From: a virus
IMG/VR virus record: IMGVR_UViG_3300042453_003699
Span: 14,034-78,033 of that record
Length of the DNA stretch: 64,000 bases
Direction: 5' to 3' (one strand)
The notes beneath the pieces are model-generated. The model was not told the origin of the DNA. It saw only the letters and a list, made by a program, of their open reading frames with translations, and did no database searches. Both the position numbers and the translations under genes were made by a program. Shown here in pieces: positions 1 to 10,096 of this stretch (its first letter is position 1; every line of letters begins with the position of its first letter).

Positions 1-17
1 TTCAAAGACATGGCGCG

Positions 18-2216
18 TTACGGGGTGTAAAGGAGTCTGAAAGAGAGGCAACCCGAAACCTTTCTCTGGTTTTGGTACAAGTTTCCAAAAGAAAACAAAT
101 GGTTGACATAGTAAACCGTCAGCGAGTTGTTGGGTGACGCGTCGGGGCTGAAAATCTTGATCCTGAGTTTCCGATTTTTTGAGTCTGGAATAGGGGTGAA
201 GGTAAATTCATTCCAATCATTATCTCTGGCGTACATCGAATCTAAGTAAGCAGACCTCAAGTGGGCTCCATTTTCATCTTCGATGTGAACGGACAGTGTG
301 CAGGTATTCTTTCTCCTGAAAGTCCCAACGAAAAGTTCCACCTTTGAAAGATTTGCCCGATCTGAAATGACCTCTTGAACGATTTGCTTGGTCCCAAATA
401 TCTCCCCGAGTTGGTGCGTATGGAACGATTGGCACATTCCGGTGATGTAGTTTTGATTGGATGCGATGGTTTGAATCCACCAATCCGATATTTTTTGGTT
501 CGCTTGATGAGTAACTTTGTGAAGCCCTTGGAACTGGGGCTTGAACATAAAGGTTTTGGCTTTAGACTTCATGGACACGCCGTTAATTAACCACTCACCT
601 TCTTCTGGGGCGCGTAGCTCTATAGCCTCAGAGCTTAGGATCTGAAGCGTTTGTGCGGTTTTGGAGGATTCCTTCGAGGTCACCTTCGGTTCGACTTTCT
701 CCTCTTCCTTGTAAAATGTTTTCAGAAGCTCCCCGTTCCAGAACCCAGTTGTCGTTACGACAGTGTTGAAAAGATTTTTCCATTTTTTGTGAACGCTCTT
801 AAACTCTCTCCAGTAGATGTCCTTGCCTTTCGACAAGGAGGAAGAGCCGTTACTGTGGTGAATCGCAGACGCGTTAATCACATAGTTCTTGAGACCCTTA
901 CTGAGAGATGAAAGACTTAGATCGACAGCGTAAAAATGAAAGTGTGTAAGGGCGCTTTCATCAAAATACAGCTTGGAGCTTTTTTTGACGATGATGCAAA
1001 GCTCGTCTACGACATCGACTTCACCCGAAGGAAATTGACCGTAAACTCTTAGAGTTTTGTCGGGTTCTGGGGTCTTCACTCCGCCCACGCAGTTGATGTA
1101 GACTTGACCGTCTACGATTGGGACCGCCAGTCTGTCTGTCTTTGTTACCTTCTTTACCCCTGCGAGCCCCGCAACTCCAAACTTGGGGAAATTCTTTAAC
1201 TGGGAGAACATCTGATCTATCCAGTCATCCGAGTATTCGACATCCTGATGAGTGAAAACCAACCAATCCGTATTGGCTACGGTAGCGCCAAGATTGAGAG
1301 CTTGGGCGGCGCTATATGTACCTTTGAAGTTGTAGACGGGTATGATCTCGTAGCGGTGTCTGTTCTTGTATAGAGATCGAACAAGGATATTGTTGAGTTG
1401 ATGAAAGTCATTTGTGCAGACAACGAAGCTCAGTTCTTTTAGTTGCGTGAATTCGTATCTTCTTGTCGGAACAGAGTCGCAGTCTGGGGTGAACAACGAA
1501 GCCCACCTAGCTTGGAACTTTCTCAAATTTTCTGGGAGGTTTGGGTTAGCTTTACTCGCGCCCTCAATGTGGATCCCCGTGCATTCGGGGGACACGACAT
1601 TTTTCTTGTTTAGATGGAAGTGTACCTTCAAGCCAAGGTCCACATCCTCATAAGCCCAGTTGTACTGAGGGTCGAATCCTTCAACACGCCAAAAGTCTTC
1701 CTTTTTTATCAGAAGGCACGCCGCTGTTACTGCGCGATGTTCCCAAGTGTCGGACATAAACACAGGGTTGACTTTGAATGCGTGCATCGAATCGGAACTC
1801 AAATTCACTGGGTCTCCGCTTGGTCCGCAAACCACCCCTGCGTGTTGTATTTTCCCATTAGGGTATCGCAACAAAGCTCCGACAGTGCCGATGTAAGGAT
1901 CTCTTGCGAGAATATCGGTCATGTTTTGGAGTGTGCGGGGGTCGAGAAACACATCATTGTTCAGGAACAATAGCCAGTCGCCACGGGCTTTCTGCGCGAC
2001 CTCGTTGTTCATCGTAGAGAAGTTACCCGTGTTCTCTTTGTGAAAAACCCGCACCCTTGGGTCTTGGATGGATTCGATCCATTCTTTAGATCCGTCGGTC
2101 GAGGTATTCTCGCGGATGAGTATTTCAAAATCTTGAAAGGTCGAGGACAGGACGGACTGAATGCACTTTTTGAAGTGCTCTCCGCCGTTTCTATTGAGAA
2201 TTACTATGCTTACCAT
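18..2216 (-). CDS. Multidomain GT2 glycosyltransferase (two GT-A domains plus C-terminal beta domains)
   Basis: N-terminal VSIVILN...STDGS...LLFLNND, TAACLL and EDVDL GT2 motifs; second GT-A domain with FTHQD and HFY.VD.SL. Confidence 0.85.
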   Translation of the reverse strand: MVSIVILNRNGGEHFKKCIQSVLSSTFQDFEILIRENTSTDGSKEWIESIQDPRVRVFHKENTGNFSTMNNEVAQKARGDWLLFLNNDVFLDPRTLQNMTDILARDPYIGTVGALLRYPNGKIQHAGVVCGPSGDPVNLSSDSMHAFKVNPVFMSDTWEHRAVTAACLLIKKEDFWRVEGFDPQYNWAYEDVDLGLKVHFHLNKKNVVSPECTGIHIEGASKANPNLPENLRKFQARWASLFTPDCDSVPTRRYEFTQLKELSFVVCTNDFHQLNNILVRSLYKNRHRYEIIPVYNFKGTYSAAQALNLGATVANTDWLVFTHQDVEYSDDWIDQMFSQLKNFPKFGVAGLAGVKKVTKTDRLAVPIVDGQVYINCVGGVKTPEPDKTLRVYGQFPSGEVDVVDELCIIVKKSSKLYFDESALTHFHFYAVDLSLSSLSKGLKNYVINASAIHHSNGSSSLSKGKDIYWREFKSVHKKWKNLFNTVVTTTGFWNGELLKTFYKEEEKVEPKVTSKESSKTAQTLQILSSEAIELRAPEEGEWLINGVSMKSKAKTFMFKPQFQGLHKVTHQANQKISDWWIQTIASNQNYITGMCQSFHTHQLGEIFGTKQIVQEVISDRANLSKVELFVGTFRRKNTCTLSVHIEDENGAHLRSAYLDSMYARDNDWNEFTFTPIPDSKNRKLRIKIFSPDASPNNSLTVYYVNHLFSFGNLYQNQRKVSGCLSFRLLYTP

Positions 2217-2772
2217 CGCCTAATTGTCGGATCTGCTTCAGCATGAGAAAGAATATCGTAGCGGTAGTCTTTACATCTGACATGGCGGTGTGTGCGTTTT
2301 TGTTCTCAACGCCGTATGCCTTTGCCAGAGCCGCTAAGTTGAACCTTTCTGTGTTGAGGATGCCCGCCTCCTTCAAAATGAAGGCGATTTGCGAAGTATC
2401 TAGGGTGTGGTAGTTCCACATTTTAGACCACCCTGAAAACCCATAGTAGCTCGTCAGCGAATCCATGAATTCTAGGTCGAACTTCAAATTTTGACCCACT
2501 AGGATCGGCTGATATTTACTCTGAGCCTGAGTTGACCATCGGATCAACTTTTGGATTTCGTACTCGTTGTTGCCCTCTCCTGACTCGCGGGAGAAGTAGC
2601 CGTTGATTGCAAGGGCTTTACAGTCCATCGGCAGGTACGGTTTGAAGGTTAGGTGCAGAGAATCTTTTTCGGAACCGTCTTCTGCGTATACTCCAGCCGC
2701 CATCTCTAGCACTGGGTTCTCTTTTGGATTGAGTCCGCCCGTTTCGGTGTCTAATACTAGGTAGTAGTTCAC
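2191..2772 (-). CDS. DEDDh 3'-5' exonuclease (DnaQ/RNase T-like)
   Basis: LDTETGG, GQNLKFD, DT and AHTAMSD motifs; probable start is the GTG at 2772 overlapping the upstream stop (GTGA). Confidence 0.85.
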   Translation of the reverse strand: MNYYLVLDTETGGLNPKENPVLEMAAGVYAEDGSEKDSLHLTFKPYLPMDCKALAINGYFSRESGEGNNEYEIQKLIRWSTQAQSKYQPILVGQNLKFDLEFMDSLTSYYGFSGWSKMWNYHTLDTSQIAFILKEAGILNTERFNLAALAKAYGVENKNAHTAMSDVKTTATIFFLMLKQIRQLGDGKHSNSQ

Positions 2773-3206
2773 GCTTTTCTCCCTGCGAGTTGGATGATCC
2801 ACACCAACAACTCTGAAAACAAAGTCGCTCCATTGAGGGTAAAATCTAGCATTTCCCAATCAAAACTAGGGTCGCTCGGCGCGATGACTCGCGTGAGCGG
2901 GATTTTTTCCTCAATCTTGCTTTCGTACATCTTAAAAACAGTTTCACCGTTGGGTCGTATTTCAACCACATTCGGCGGAAACTTTTCTCTGGCTTCCCCA
3001 GACACCCCTTTGATGAACAAAGGCTGACCTACCCGATACAAGGAGTGCGACACAAATTTGAAAGTGTGCCCGACTTTGAACGGGTACTCAGAGTCGGAGG
3101 AGGGGTTGATCTTTACGATCAACCCGTTGCTAAGACGGTAAGCCTCCCACGGCAAGGTGTGGGCTAAGTTGTACCTGTCGTATAGACCGTACAGATCAAA
3201 GGTCAT
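2769..3206 (-). CDS. Hypothetical protein
   Basis: 145-aa ORF with 4-nt start/stop overlaps to both neighbours. Confidence 0.65.
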   Translation of the reverse strand: MTFDLYGLYDRYNLAHTLPWEAYRLSNGLIVKINPSSDSEYPFKVGHTFKFVSHSLYRVGQPLFIKGVSGEAREKFPPNVVEIRPNGETVFKMYESKIEEKIPLTRVIAPSDPSFDWEMLDFTLNGATLFSELLVWIIQLAGRKA

Positions 3207-3508
3207 CGGATCAGCGGTCCTTTAGATTCTGGGGGCATATTCGTTGCGGTGATGATCCCCGTGTCTTTCTGAATCCAGAAGTTCGTGTACGATTCCCGCA
3301 TCGAATCCTTCAGGTCAGACTCTACCGCGACCTTTTCTTTTCTTACCTTCATCTTCTTCTCGAAGAGGGGGTGCAAACCAAGACCGAACTGACCCGCTTG
3401 ATTCGGAACAGCCATCAGGGGCTTGGTTAGAATCAGGTAGTCCCCTTCCTCCTGAACTTCTGAGAGAAAGATTCCAACGCCATCAATAACTAAAGTTTTT
3501 ACTTCCAT
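3203..3508 (-). CDS. Phage Sm-like domain protein (putative)
   Basis: GGAGG RBS; beta-rich L.KP motif and C-terminal TGIIT tail resembling phage Sm-like proteins. Confidence 0.5.
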   Translation of the reverse strand: MEVKTLVIDGVGIFLSEVQEEGDYLILTKPLMAVPNQAGQFGLGLHPLFEKKMKVRKEKVAVESDLKDSMRESYTNFWIQKDTGIITATNMPPESKGPLIR

Positions 3509-3549
3509 TTGGTCCTCCGCCGAAAACAGACTATCGCGCTAATCGGGTT

Positions 3550-4389
3550 ATGTCTATATTAGTATCAGGGGGCGCTTTGAAAAGATTCACAGGGGCGGTA
3601 AAGCCGTTTTTCAATCTGGATGGTCTGAATCTCACTATTAGATATGGCGAGGTTGTTTCTCTTGCGGAGTGGCAGACGAGTCACCCGAGCTTTCGTTTTG
3701 CCTTAGAGAATGGGTGGGTAGTCTCCGTGGATCGCAAAACTATCGTCTTCAACGCCGAAACCCCAAAGAAGCCAAGTAACGCTATGCGTTCTAAAAGAAA
3801 GAAATCCGCCGAAATCGTACAGGAGTTGCCAGAAAGCGGTTTAGATCCTGTGATTCTTCAAACAATCTTGGATAAGCAGGAGGGGTTCGTGCGACAAGCC
3901 CAAAAAACCTTTGAACGCCTAACGGCTCAGAAAAAAGAACCAGAGCAACCGACGGTAACGCCTGAGATGTTTGCCTCGATGCTAGAGAACCAACGCAAGA
4001 TGATGGAGATGCTCGAAAAAGAGAAACAGCAACCAGTGCCCCAAGCCCCCGCCTTGGATCAAACCGCAGTGCTGAATGCTCTCAAGCTCCTGACTAATGA
4101 GGTCAAGCGTCTTCAAGAATCAAAACCATCAGAAGCGTCTGTGAATACCGACCAGATTTTAGAGGGCGTAAAACAAGTAATGTCCCAGTTCAGTCCGTCC
4201 TCGGGTTCCTATAATGGAACTAAGAAAGACCCAAGTGGCTTTCAGATACGGGATGATTTTGAAGAGAAGTTCATTCCAAAAGTAGAAGACTTAGAAGTGA
4301 AGAACTCAAATATCGTAGCCCAAGAAAAGGACTCAGGAAGTGTTGAGGAGGCTCTCGCGGCTCTCCGAAAACTCAAGGAGAAGAAATAA
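3550..4389 (+). CDS. Hypothetical protein with coiled coil and C-terminal amphipathic helix; putative actin partner
   Basis: 279-aa ORF (alternative TTG start at 3577 with AGGGGG RBS); TAATG overlap with the actin-like gene; ends SVEEALAALRKLKEKK. Confidence 0.8.
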   Translation: MSILVSGGALKRFTGAVKPFFNLDGLNLTIRYGEVVSLAEWQTSHPSFRFALENGWVVSVDRKTIVFNAETPKKPSNAMRSKRKKSAEIVQELPESGLDPVILQTILDKQEGFVRQAQKTFERLTAQKKEPEQPTVTPEMFASMLENQRKMMEMLEKEKQQPVPQAPALDQTAVLNALKLLTNEVKRLQESKPSEASVNTDQILEGVKQVMSQFSPSSGSYNGTKKDPSGFQIRDDFEEKFIPKVEDLEVKNSNIVAQEKDSGSVEEALAALRKLKEKK

Positions 4390-5435
4390 TGGAACAGTTG
4401 CAAAACCAATCAGTCCCCGCAAGCCCTGTCGCTAAGGATAAGAAGTATCTTGTTCGCGGGTTGGATATTGGGACAGGTACAATCATCGCATCCTATCTTG
4501 ATGAAGCCTCCAATACGGTAAAAAGCAAGCGGGTTCGCGACGCATTCGTATCTCTTGCGGTCGAACAGAAGCAGATGCTCAAGCTATCAAACATTTCGTA
4601 CATTGAGGAAGGTGATCGAGTCATCATTGTCAGCGACGATGCCGCTAACATCGCCAACATCTTCAATCAGCCTCTTCGCCGTCCTCTCAGTCGAGGAACG
4701 ATCTCCCCTTCAGAGATCGAAGCACAGAAGGTTATCAAGCACCTCTTTCGTGAAGTTTTGGGGGAGGCGCAGGTGCCCGGATCGGTATGCGTGTACTCTA
4801 TCCCCGCAAATCCGCTCGACGCAGATCAAGATGTAACTTTTCACGAAATGATTATGGGGCAAATGCTTGAAAGCCTCGGTTGGAAAGCAGTCGCCGCGAA
4901 TGAAGCACAAGCCATCGTTTATTCCGAGTGCGCCGACACCATGTTCAGCGGATTTGCCATGAGCTTCGGAGCAGGGATGGTCAACTGCGCTCTTTCATAC
5001 AAGTCTATCCCTCTTATCACTATGTCGGTTGCCCGCTCTGGGGACTATGTGGATGAGCAATCCGCCAAGGCTACTGGGCTGTCTCCTGCAAAAACTTGCG
5101 CTATCAAAGAGAAGGGCGTGGATCTTCTCGCCCCGAAGGGTCGCGAGCAAGAAGCAATAGCAGTCTATTACAAGGCGCTCATCAAGTATGCTCTTACGAA
5201 CTTTATCGAAAAGATTAAGTCCCAGAATGTCATGGCGCAGATCGACCTGCCTGATTCCATTCCGGTGGTAGTCGGCGGAGGCACATCGCTCCCCATCAAC
5301 TTCCTTGCTGTGGTCAAGGAAGAGGTGAACCGCCTAAAGGGATTTCCGTTTTCTGTGACTGACATTCGCCATGCAAAAGACCCGCTGTATGCAGTTTCTA
5401 GGGGGCTTCTCATCATGGCTCAGAACCAAGACTAA
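4389..5435 (+). CDS. Actin-like ATPase, volactin-like family
   Basis: Phosphate-1 GLDIGTG, connect-1 NEAQA, phosphate-2 SFGAG, adenosine VGGGTS and connect-2 PLYAVSRG; ANIFN..LRRP and PANPLD segments match my recollection of haloarchaeal volactin. Confidence 0.85.
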   Translation: MEQLQNQSVPASPVAKDKKYLVRGLDIGTGTIIASYLDEASNTVKSKRVRDAFVSLAVEQKQMLKLSNISYIEEGDRVIIVSDDAANIANIFNQPLRRPLSRGTISPSEIEAQKVIKHLFREVLGEAQVPGSVCVYSIPANPLDADQDVTFHEMIMGQMLESLGWKAVAANEAQAIVYSECADTMFSGFAMSFGAGMVNCALSYKSIPLITMSVARSGDYVDEQSAKATGLSPAKTCAIKEKGVDLLAPKGREQEAIAVYYKALIKYALTNFIEKIKSQNVMAQIDLPDSIPVVVGGGTSLPINFLAVVKEEVNRLKGFPFSVTDIRHAKDPLYAVSRGLLIMAQNQD

Positions 5436-5445
5436 GGGAGTGTAG

Positions 5446-6801
5446 GTGTACTACTACTTATCCCGAGAGGTAAAACGACGATTCATTGAGGAGATGCGGG
5501 AAATTTTCAAAGAGTATCCCGGTCTCCAAAAGATGAAAGTATCCGATAAGTTTCCCTACCAAGAGAGACCTCAATACGGTCTTGTCGTCAAAAATGTCTC
5601 TGGAAACCCTATTCCGTTGGCAGGGGACAACTTCATCGGGACCGTCATAAGTCATTGCTTCTTAGCGAAACTCAAAGGCAAAAAAGGTCTTTTACTCGAT
5701 TGGGTTCGCGAGAACCCAGAACAAGTTACGGTCTTTGTCGAAGAGGATCTTTCCTCTCAGGTGGACGGATCTAGCCGAGAGTTTCTCCTACAGCATTTTC
5801 CTACAATCGGGTCTCAAAGTATTGAGTTGGCTCAAAGAGGGGATCGCGCCGTCGAAGTTCTTGTCAACGGAAAGCCTTTTGTCGTTCCGATGTCTTTCCA
5901 ATCTAAAAAGATCATTCTTCCGGTCGCACCTGCGATGGGAACCAACCTTGTTGCCAAGTATTATCGTCGGGGTCTGGCAGATGCGGGTCTTTATTATGTA
6001 GAGGTCATGACGACTACGGCAGGTTCGGCTACGGTGATGGTGGACACTCTTCTCGACTACGAGTCCATAATCATTGAATCCGCTACTGGGGCTGAGTCCT
6101 CGTTCAGCCTCCCTCACTTCCCTGTTCACGATAAGACTTTTTCTCTCATCGAAAACGATTCCTTCGTGATGACTGAGGGTGTTCACTACACGATCAATTT
6201 GCAGACGGGGGTTGTTACCTTTTTGAACAACCCAGAAGACCCGACTCAAAAGCTAAGACCTACCTCAAGTTACCGAGTTCAGTACAAGTACCAAGGACCG
6301 TCTTTCGGTCCCTTCACGGTTAAACCGTCATCAGCTTCGTATGATATAATTCCGGGCGTGACGCTTGCCTTCTCCAACTGGCTAGAGGTCGGGGACAAGC
6401 AAGTTGTGATCGTAAGTCCGACTCGTGAGGAGGTCTCTCAGGAGTACGGAGGTCACTTTGAGGTGAGCTTGAGTCTGGACATTTACAGCCGAGATCCCGT
6501 TCAGCGAGAACTCATAGCCGATTTGCTTGCTGTGAAAGTCTTCGGGGAGATCAAGCCAAGATTTGATTCTCAAGGATTAGCTATTGTTAGCGTATCACTC
6601 AATGGGGAATCCGAAGACATTTACGACGAAAACACAGACACCGTTTACTACATGGCAGGGATGGATGTCTCGTTCAACACGGATTGGCGACTGTACGCCC
6701 CGATGATTCCTAAGATTAAAACACTTAGCCTTGATGTTGAGGTCGTTCAATCACTGAATGATTTCAGGGTCAGCTTTAGCCAAGGGGAGTCGATAAAGTA
6801 A
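5446..6801 (+). CDS. Virion structural protein (neck/tail-terminator-like)
   Basis: GGGAG RBS and GTG start; lies upstream of the sheath; contains the EDLSSQ.DG beta module shared with the sheath. Confidence 0.6.
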   Translation: MYYYLSREVKRRFIEEMREIFKEYPGLQKMKVSDKFPYQERPQYGLVVKNVSGNPIPLAGDNFIGTVISHCFLAKLKGKKGLLLDWVRENPEQVTVFVEEDLSSQVDGSSREFLLQHFPTIGSQSIELAQRGDRAVEVLVNGKPFVVPMSFQSKKIILPVAPAMGTNLVAKYYRRGLADAGLYYVEVMTTTAGSATVMVDTLLDYESIIIESATGAESSFSLPHFPVHDKTFSLIENDSFVMTEGVHYTINLQTGVVTFLNNPEDPTQKLRPTSSYRVQYKYQGPSFGPFTVKPSSASYDIIPGVTLAFSNWLEVGDKQVVIVSPTREEVSQEYGGHFEVSLSLDIYSRDPVQRELIADLLAVKVFGEIKPRFDSQGLAIVSVSLNGESEDIYDENTDTVYYMAGMDVSFNTDWRLYAPMIPKIKTLSLDVEVVQSLNDFRVSFSQGESIK

Positions 6802-7193
6802 TGCCATTATACCAATACTACTGCGTTGAGTGTCAGTTGACCTTTGAGGAGTCTTTCAAAAAGCCGGAGGATATTACATCCCCCTGCCCCAAGTGCGCCT
6901 CAGAGTCGGATCGAATGATCTCTGCCCCTAATGTTTTGAAGTCCAATACAAGTCGTGAAAGCGTGGACATCAAGATTGGCGCGGAGTCTGAAAAGCGTTG
7001 GGCTGGCATCCGGCAGAGACAGGCGGAAAAGGAAAAGATCCGAAAAGAGTCGGGAACCACCGCCGTTGAAGTGAAACACGGAAAAGATTCCTCGGGTCAA
7101 ATAACTTACGAATACAAATCAGTGAGTAAGGAACGAGTTGCGGAAAGAAAGAACCTCTACGGAGAGTACCTCTCCTCCAAGAAGAAGCCGTGA
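6801..7193 (+). CDS. FmdB-type zinc-ribbon protein
   Basis: MPLYQYYCVEC...CPKC..R.IS.P signature. Confidence 0.75.
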   Translation: MPLYQYYCVECQLTFEESFKKPEDITSPCPKCASESDRMISAPNVLKSNTSRESVDIKIGAESEKRWAGIRQRQAEKEKIRKESGTTAVEVKHGKDSSGQITYEYKSVSKERVAERKNLYGEYLSSKKKP

Positions 7194-7265
7194 TCGCCCG
7201 ATATGTACATTCATATTTAATTTCTAACATATTGAAATAATTAACTTTAACTTGGAGGTTCAACC

Positions 7266-10016
7266 ATGAGTATTTTCAGTACATACGCCCCTCCCGGCGT
7301 ATATGTTCAAACTTTGACGGATCTTACCGCCGCGAATATCGTTGCGGGGCTCCGTATGCCTGTGTTCATCGGAGTTGGGCGCGAAAGCCTGACCCTGAGC
7401 AATTTCGAGATCATTCGCGGGTCATCGGCTACTTCCGACATCCGTATGCTTGGCGAAGATGTCAGTTCCCAGTTCACTGGGACCAACCGCCAGTTCACGG
7501 TCGCCAACTACCCCGTCGTTGACGGAAGCGGTCGCGCAGTTACTACCAATGACCCAAATGTTGTTTCTGTCACTATCGACGATCAGCCTACTGGCGTGAT
7601 CGCTGTGGACGGAGCAAGCGGTCTTGTGACCCTTGGAGCAATTCCTCCGATGGGTTCGGTGGTCAAGGTGGGCTATTTCTTTAGCCGTAAAGACCTAAAA
7701 GTCACTGACGAAGACCTCAGCTATCAAGCTGACGGCTCAAATCTTGAGTTCAAGGTCAATAAGTCCCCGATTGTAAACGGAAACAACGGTGGTATTATTA
7801 CTACCGAAGTATCTCGTGTGGTCGTTACAGTTGACGGAAGCGCCGTTGAAGTGGCTTCCCTTGATGGAATTCACGGCGTAATCACTCTCGCTTCGGCTCC
7901 TGCCGACGGCGCTGAGGTTCTGGCAACCTACTACACCAACACATTCCAAGACACTTACGATTACCTGCCACAAGACATCAACATCTTGTCGGTCAAGGCA
8001 ATCGGCAACAGCCCCGGTCGCCAAGACTACTTCCTCGGACAAGACTATGTTGTTCAGAACGGGAAGATCATTTGGGGATCTGCTTTCGACATCCGAAACG
8101 GGTCTGCGGCAACCGGAAACGCCTTCGGGTCTGAGCAGATTTCTGCAACCCTTGTGGACAATCGCTTCTTCATGAGGGAAGCAGCCGGAGCTTCCAACGG
8201 TACAAACAAGAAGTTCGTGCTTGAAGAAATCCCTGTCGCCGGAGACGGGCGCGATGTTCCAACCGACGACCTTTCTAAGATTCAGGTTTATGTGGGAACA
8301 AGTGTGGCTTCCGCTTTTGCGGCAGGTCCGGTTGATGTGATGTCCCTTAATGGCGTTTCAGGCGAGGTTGTTCTCAAGAACGCTCCGTCTGCGGGTCATA
8401 AAGTGTATGCCACTTACTACTACAACATCCTTACCGATGACATTTTCACTGTCACGAATCGCGTGGCTTCTACCTTTTCGGTAACAGGGGAGTACGATGT
8501 TATCAGCGCAAATGGGGGTGCTTGTTTTGCGGGAGAGTTCTCTGAAGCTGACTCAACTGTAGCCGCACCTGCTTTCGGAACGGAAGGAATTAAGTTTCCT
8601 GCCGATACTGCGGATGTGGTGACGGTGCCGGGCTATTCGGTGGAAGAAGATGTCACCCTTACCTTCACAAGCGCCACTCAGTACACCGTCAGTAGCTCAC
8701 TCGGAGCAGACGGTTCTTCTGGAACTGGTCATCTGAATCAAACCTATGTCGATGCGAAGACTGGTCTTCGTTTCACTATTCTTGCTCCCTCCACCTTCAA
8801 CTATGCGGCTGGGGATGAGCTAGTTTGCTATGTGACAGGTCAGCAAGAGACAGGGATTCTTCCTAAAAAGATCATTCCTGGTCTCAATCTTGTCGTCTCG
8901 AATACAACGGGTGTCACCGTTGGTTCCACAGGTCTTGTTGAATGCTTCAATAAGACTGGAGGGGAGCCTTCCATTGGTGACTCGTACTTCGTGACTCTCG
9001 ACTATGAAAAGACGGACTACAAGCCCGCTGTTTACACGAATTTCCGTGATGTGGTGACGGCTTTCGGTCCTCTCAATGTCGAAAACAGGCTGACTCTTGC
9101 GGCTTATCTTGCGTTCCTCCAAGGCGCTCCCGCTATTGCAATCTCTCAGGTGAAGAAAGCCTCCGGCGGACTTCAAGCTAGTGATGCGGCGTTCCTTGAG
9201 GCTATGACGGCTCTTGAGAATCCGCTCGAAGGTGATGTTCGTCCGAATATCCTTGTTCCTCTCACTACTTCACGCACTGTTCTTCAGGCGGCTAAGAAGC
9301 ACTGTGAGAAGGTTTCTAGCTCCCGCTATGCGATGGAACGAACCATGATGTTCGGTTTTGCTATCGGGACGCTTCCAGAGACCGCACAGGAATTCGCTAA
9401 GGCGCTCGCTTCCGAGCGTTGTTTGGGTGTCTACCCCGACGGCGCAGTGGTTGCGATCGAAGACGCTTTTGGGCGTGAGATCGAGAATACCGTGGATGGC
9501 AGTTTCTTGGCGGCGGCTCTTGCAGGTCTTGCTTGCAACCCTGTTTTTGATGTCGCTACCCCTCTGACTCGTAAGAGTTTGACTGGGTTCCGCCGATTGT
9601 TCCGCCGTCTTGACGCGGTGCAGTCTAACCAAACAGCGGTTTCGGGTCTTACCGTTATGACGGAGAACCAAGCGTCGATTCAGATTCGTCAGGCAGTTAC
9701 GACTGATCCTAGCAACATTCTGACTCGGGAGCCTTCGATTGTGTTCATCAAGGATGAAATCCAACAGCTCACCCGTACAACTCTTGAACCGTTCATTGCA
9801 GAGAAGTTCCTTCCCGGTCGCCTCACCGACATCGAAATTGCTCTCGCAAATATGTTCAAGAACCAGATTCAGGCGGAAAAAGTCGTTGCTTTCACGGGTA
9901 TCAAAGCTACCCCAAGGGCAACTGACCCTACCGTTGCGGATGTCGTGGCTTTCTACAGCCCTGTATTCCCATTGAACTGGATTCAGGTCACTTATACGCT
10001 CCGTACTACGCTCTAA
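7266..10016 (+). CDS. Contractile tail sheath protein with inserted beta-sandwich repeats
   Basis: N-terminal Y.PPGVY, PVFIG; C-terminal sheath core ending FYSPVFPLNWIQVTY; strong GGAGG RBS. Confidence 0.9.
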   Translation: MSIFSTYAPPGVYVQTLTDLTAANIVAGLRMPVFIGVGRESLTLSNFEIIRGSSATSDIRMLGEDVSSQFTGTNRQFTVANYPVVDGSGRAVTTNDPNVVSVTIDDQPTGVIAVDGASGLVTLGAIPPMGSVVKVGYFFSRKDLKVTDEDLSYQADGSNLEFKVNKSPIVNGNNGGIITTEVSRVVVTVDGSAVEVASLDGIHGVITLASAPADGAEVLATYYTNTFQDTYDYLPQDINILSVKAIGNSPGRQDYFLGQDYVVQNGKIIWGSAFDIRNGSAATGNAFGSEQISATLVDNRFFMREAAGASNGTNKKFVLEEIPVAGDGRDVPTDDLSKIQVYVGTSVASAFAAGPVDVMSLNGVSGEVVLKNAPSAGHKVYATYYYNILTDDIFTVTNRVASTFSVTGEYDVISANGGACFAGEFSEADSTVAAPAFGTEGIKFPADTADVVTVPGYSVEEDVTLTFTSATQYTVSSSLGADGSSGTGHLNQTYVDAKTGLRFTILAPSTFNYAAGDELVCYVTGQQETGILPKKIIPGLNLVVSNTTGVTVGSTGLVECFNKTGGEPSIGDSYFVTLDYEKTDYKPAVYTNFRDVVTAFGPLNVENRLTLAAYLAFLQGAPAIAISQVKKASGGLQASDAAFLEAMTALENPLEGDVRPNILVPLTTSRTVLQAAKKHCEKVSSSRYAMERTMMFGFAIGTLPETAQEFAKALASERCLGVYPDGAVVAIEDAFGREIENTVDGSFLAAALAGLACNPVFDVATPLTRKSLTGFRRLFRRLDAVQSNQTAVSGLTVMTENQASIQIRQAVTTDPSNILTREPSIVFIKDEIQQLTRTTLEPFIAEKFLPGRLTDIEIALANMFKNQIQAEKVVAFTGIKATPRATDPTVADVVAFYSPVFPLNWIQVTYTLRTTL

Positions 10017-10047
10017 TAGTGCGTAGTTTAGAGCTTTTTGTTCGAGG

Positions 10048-10082
10048 AGGGCGGGGTTCGGAAGAGCCCCGCCTTTTCTTTT
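10048..10082 (+). terminator. Rho-independent terminator after the sheath gene
   Basis: AGGGCGGGGTTC-GGAA-GAGCCCCGCCTT followed by a T tract. Confidence 0.85.
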
Positions 10083-10096
10083 AATTTTATGGGGTT

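Noticed and set aside
4389-5435. Archaeal virus origin implied by the volactin-like gene
   Set aside because: Amidase, SLT, RelA/SpoT and sigma70-like -10 boxes point to a bacterial host
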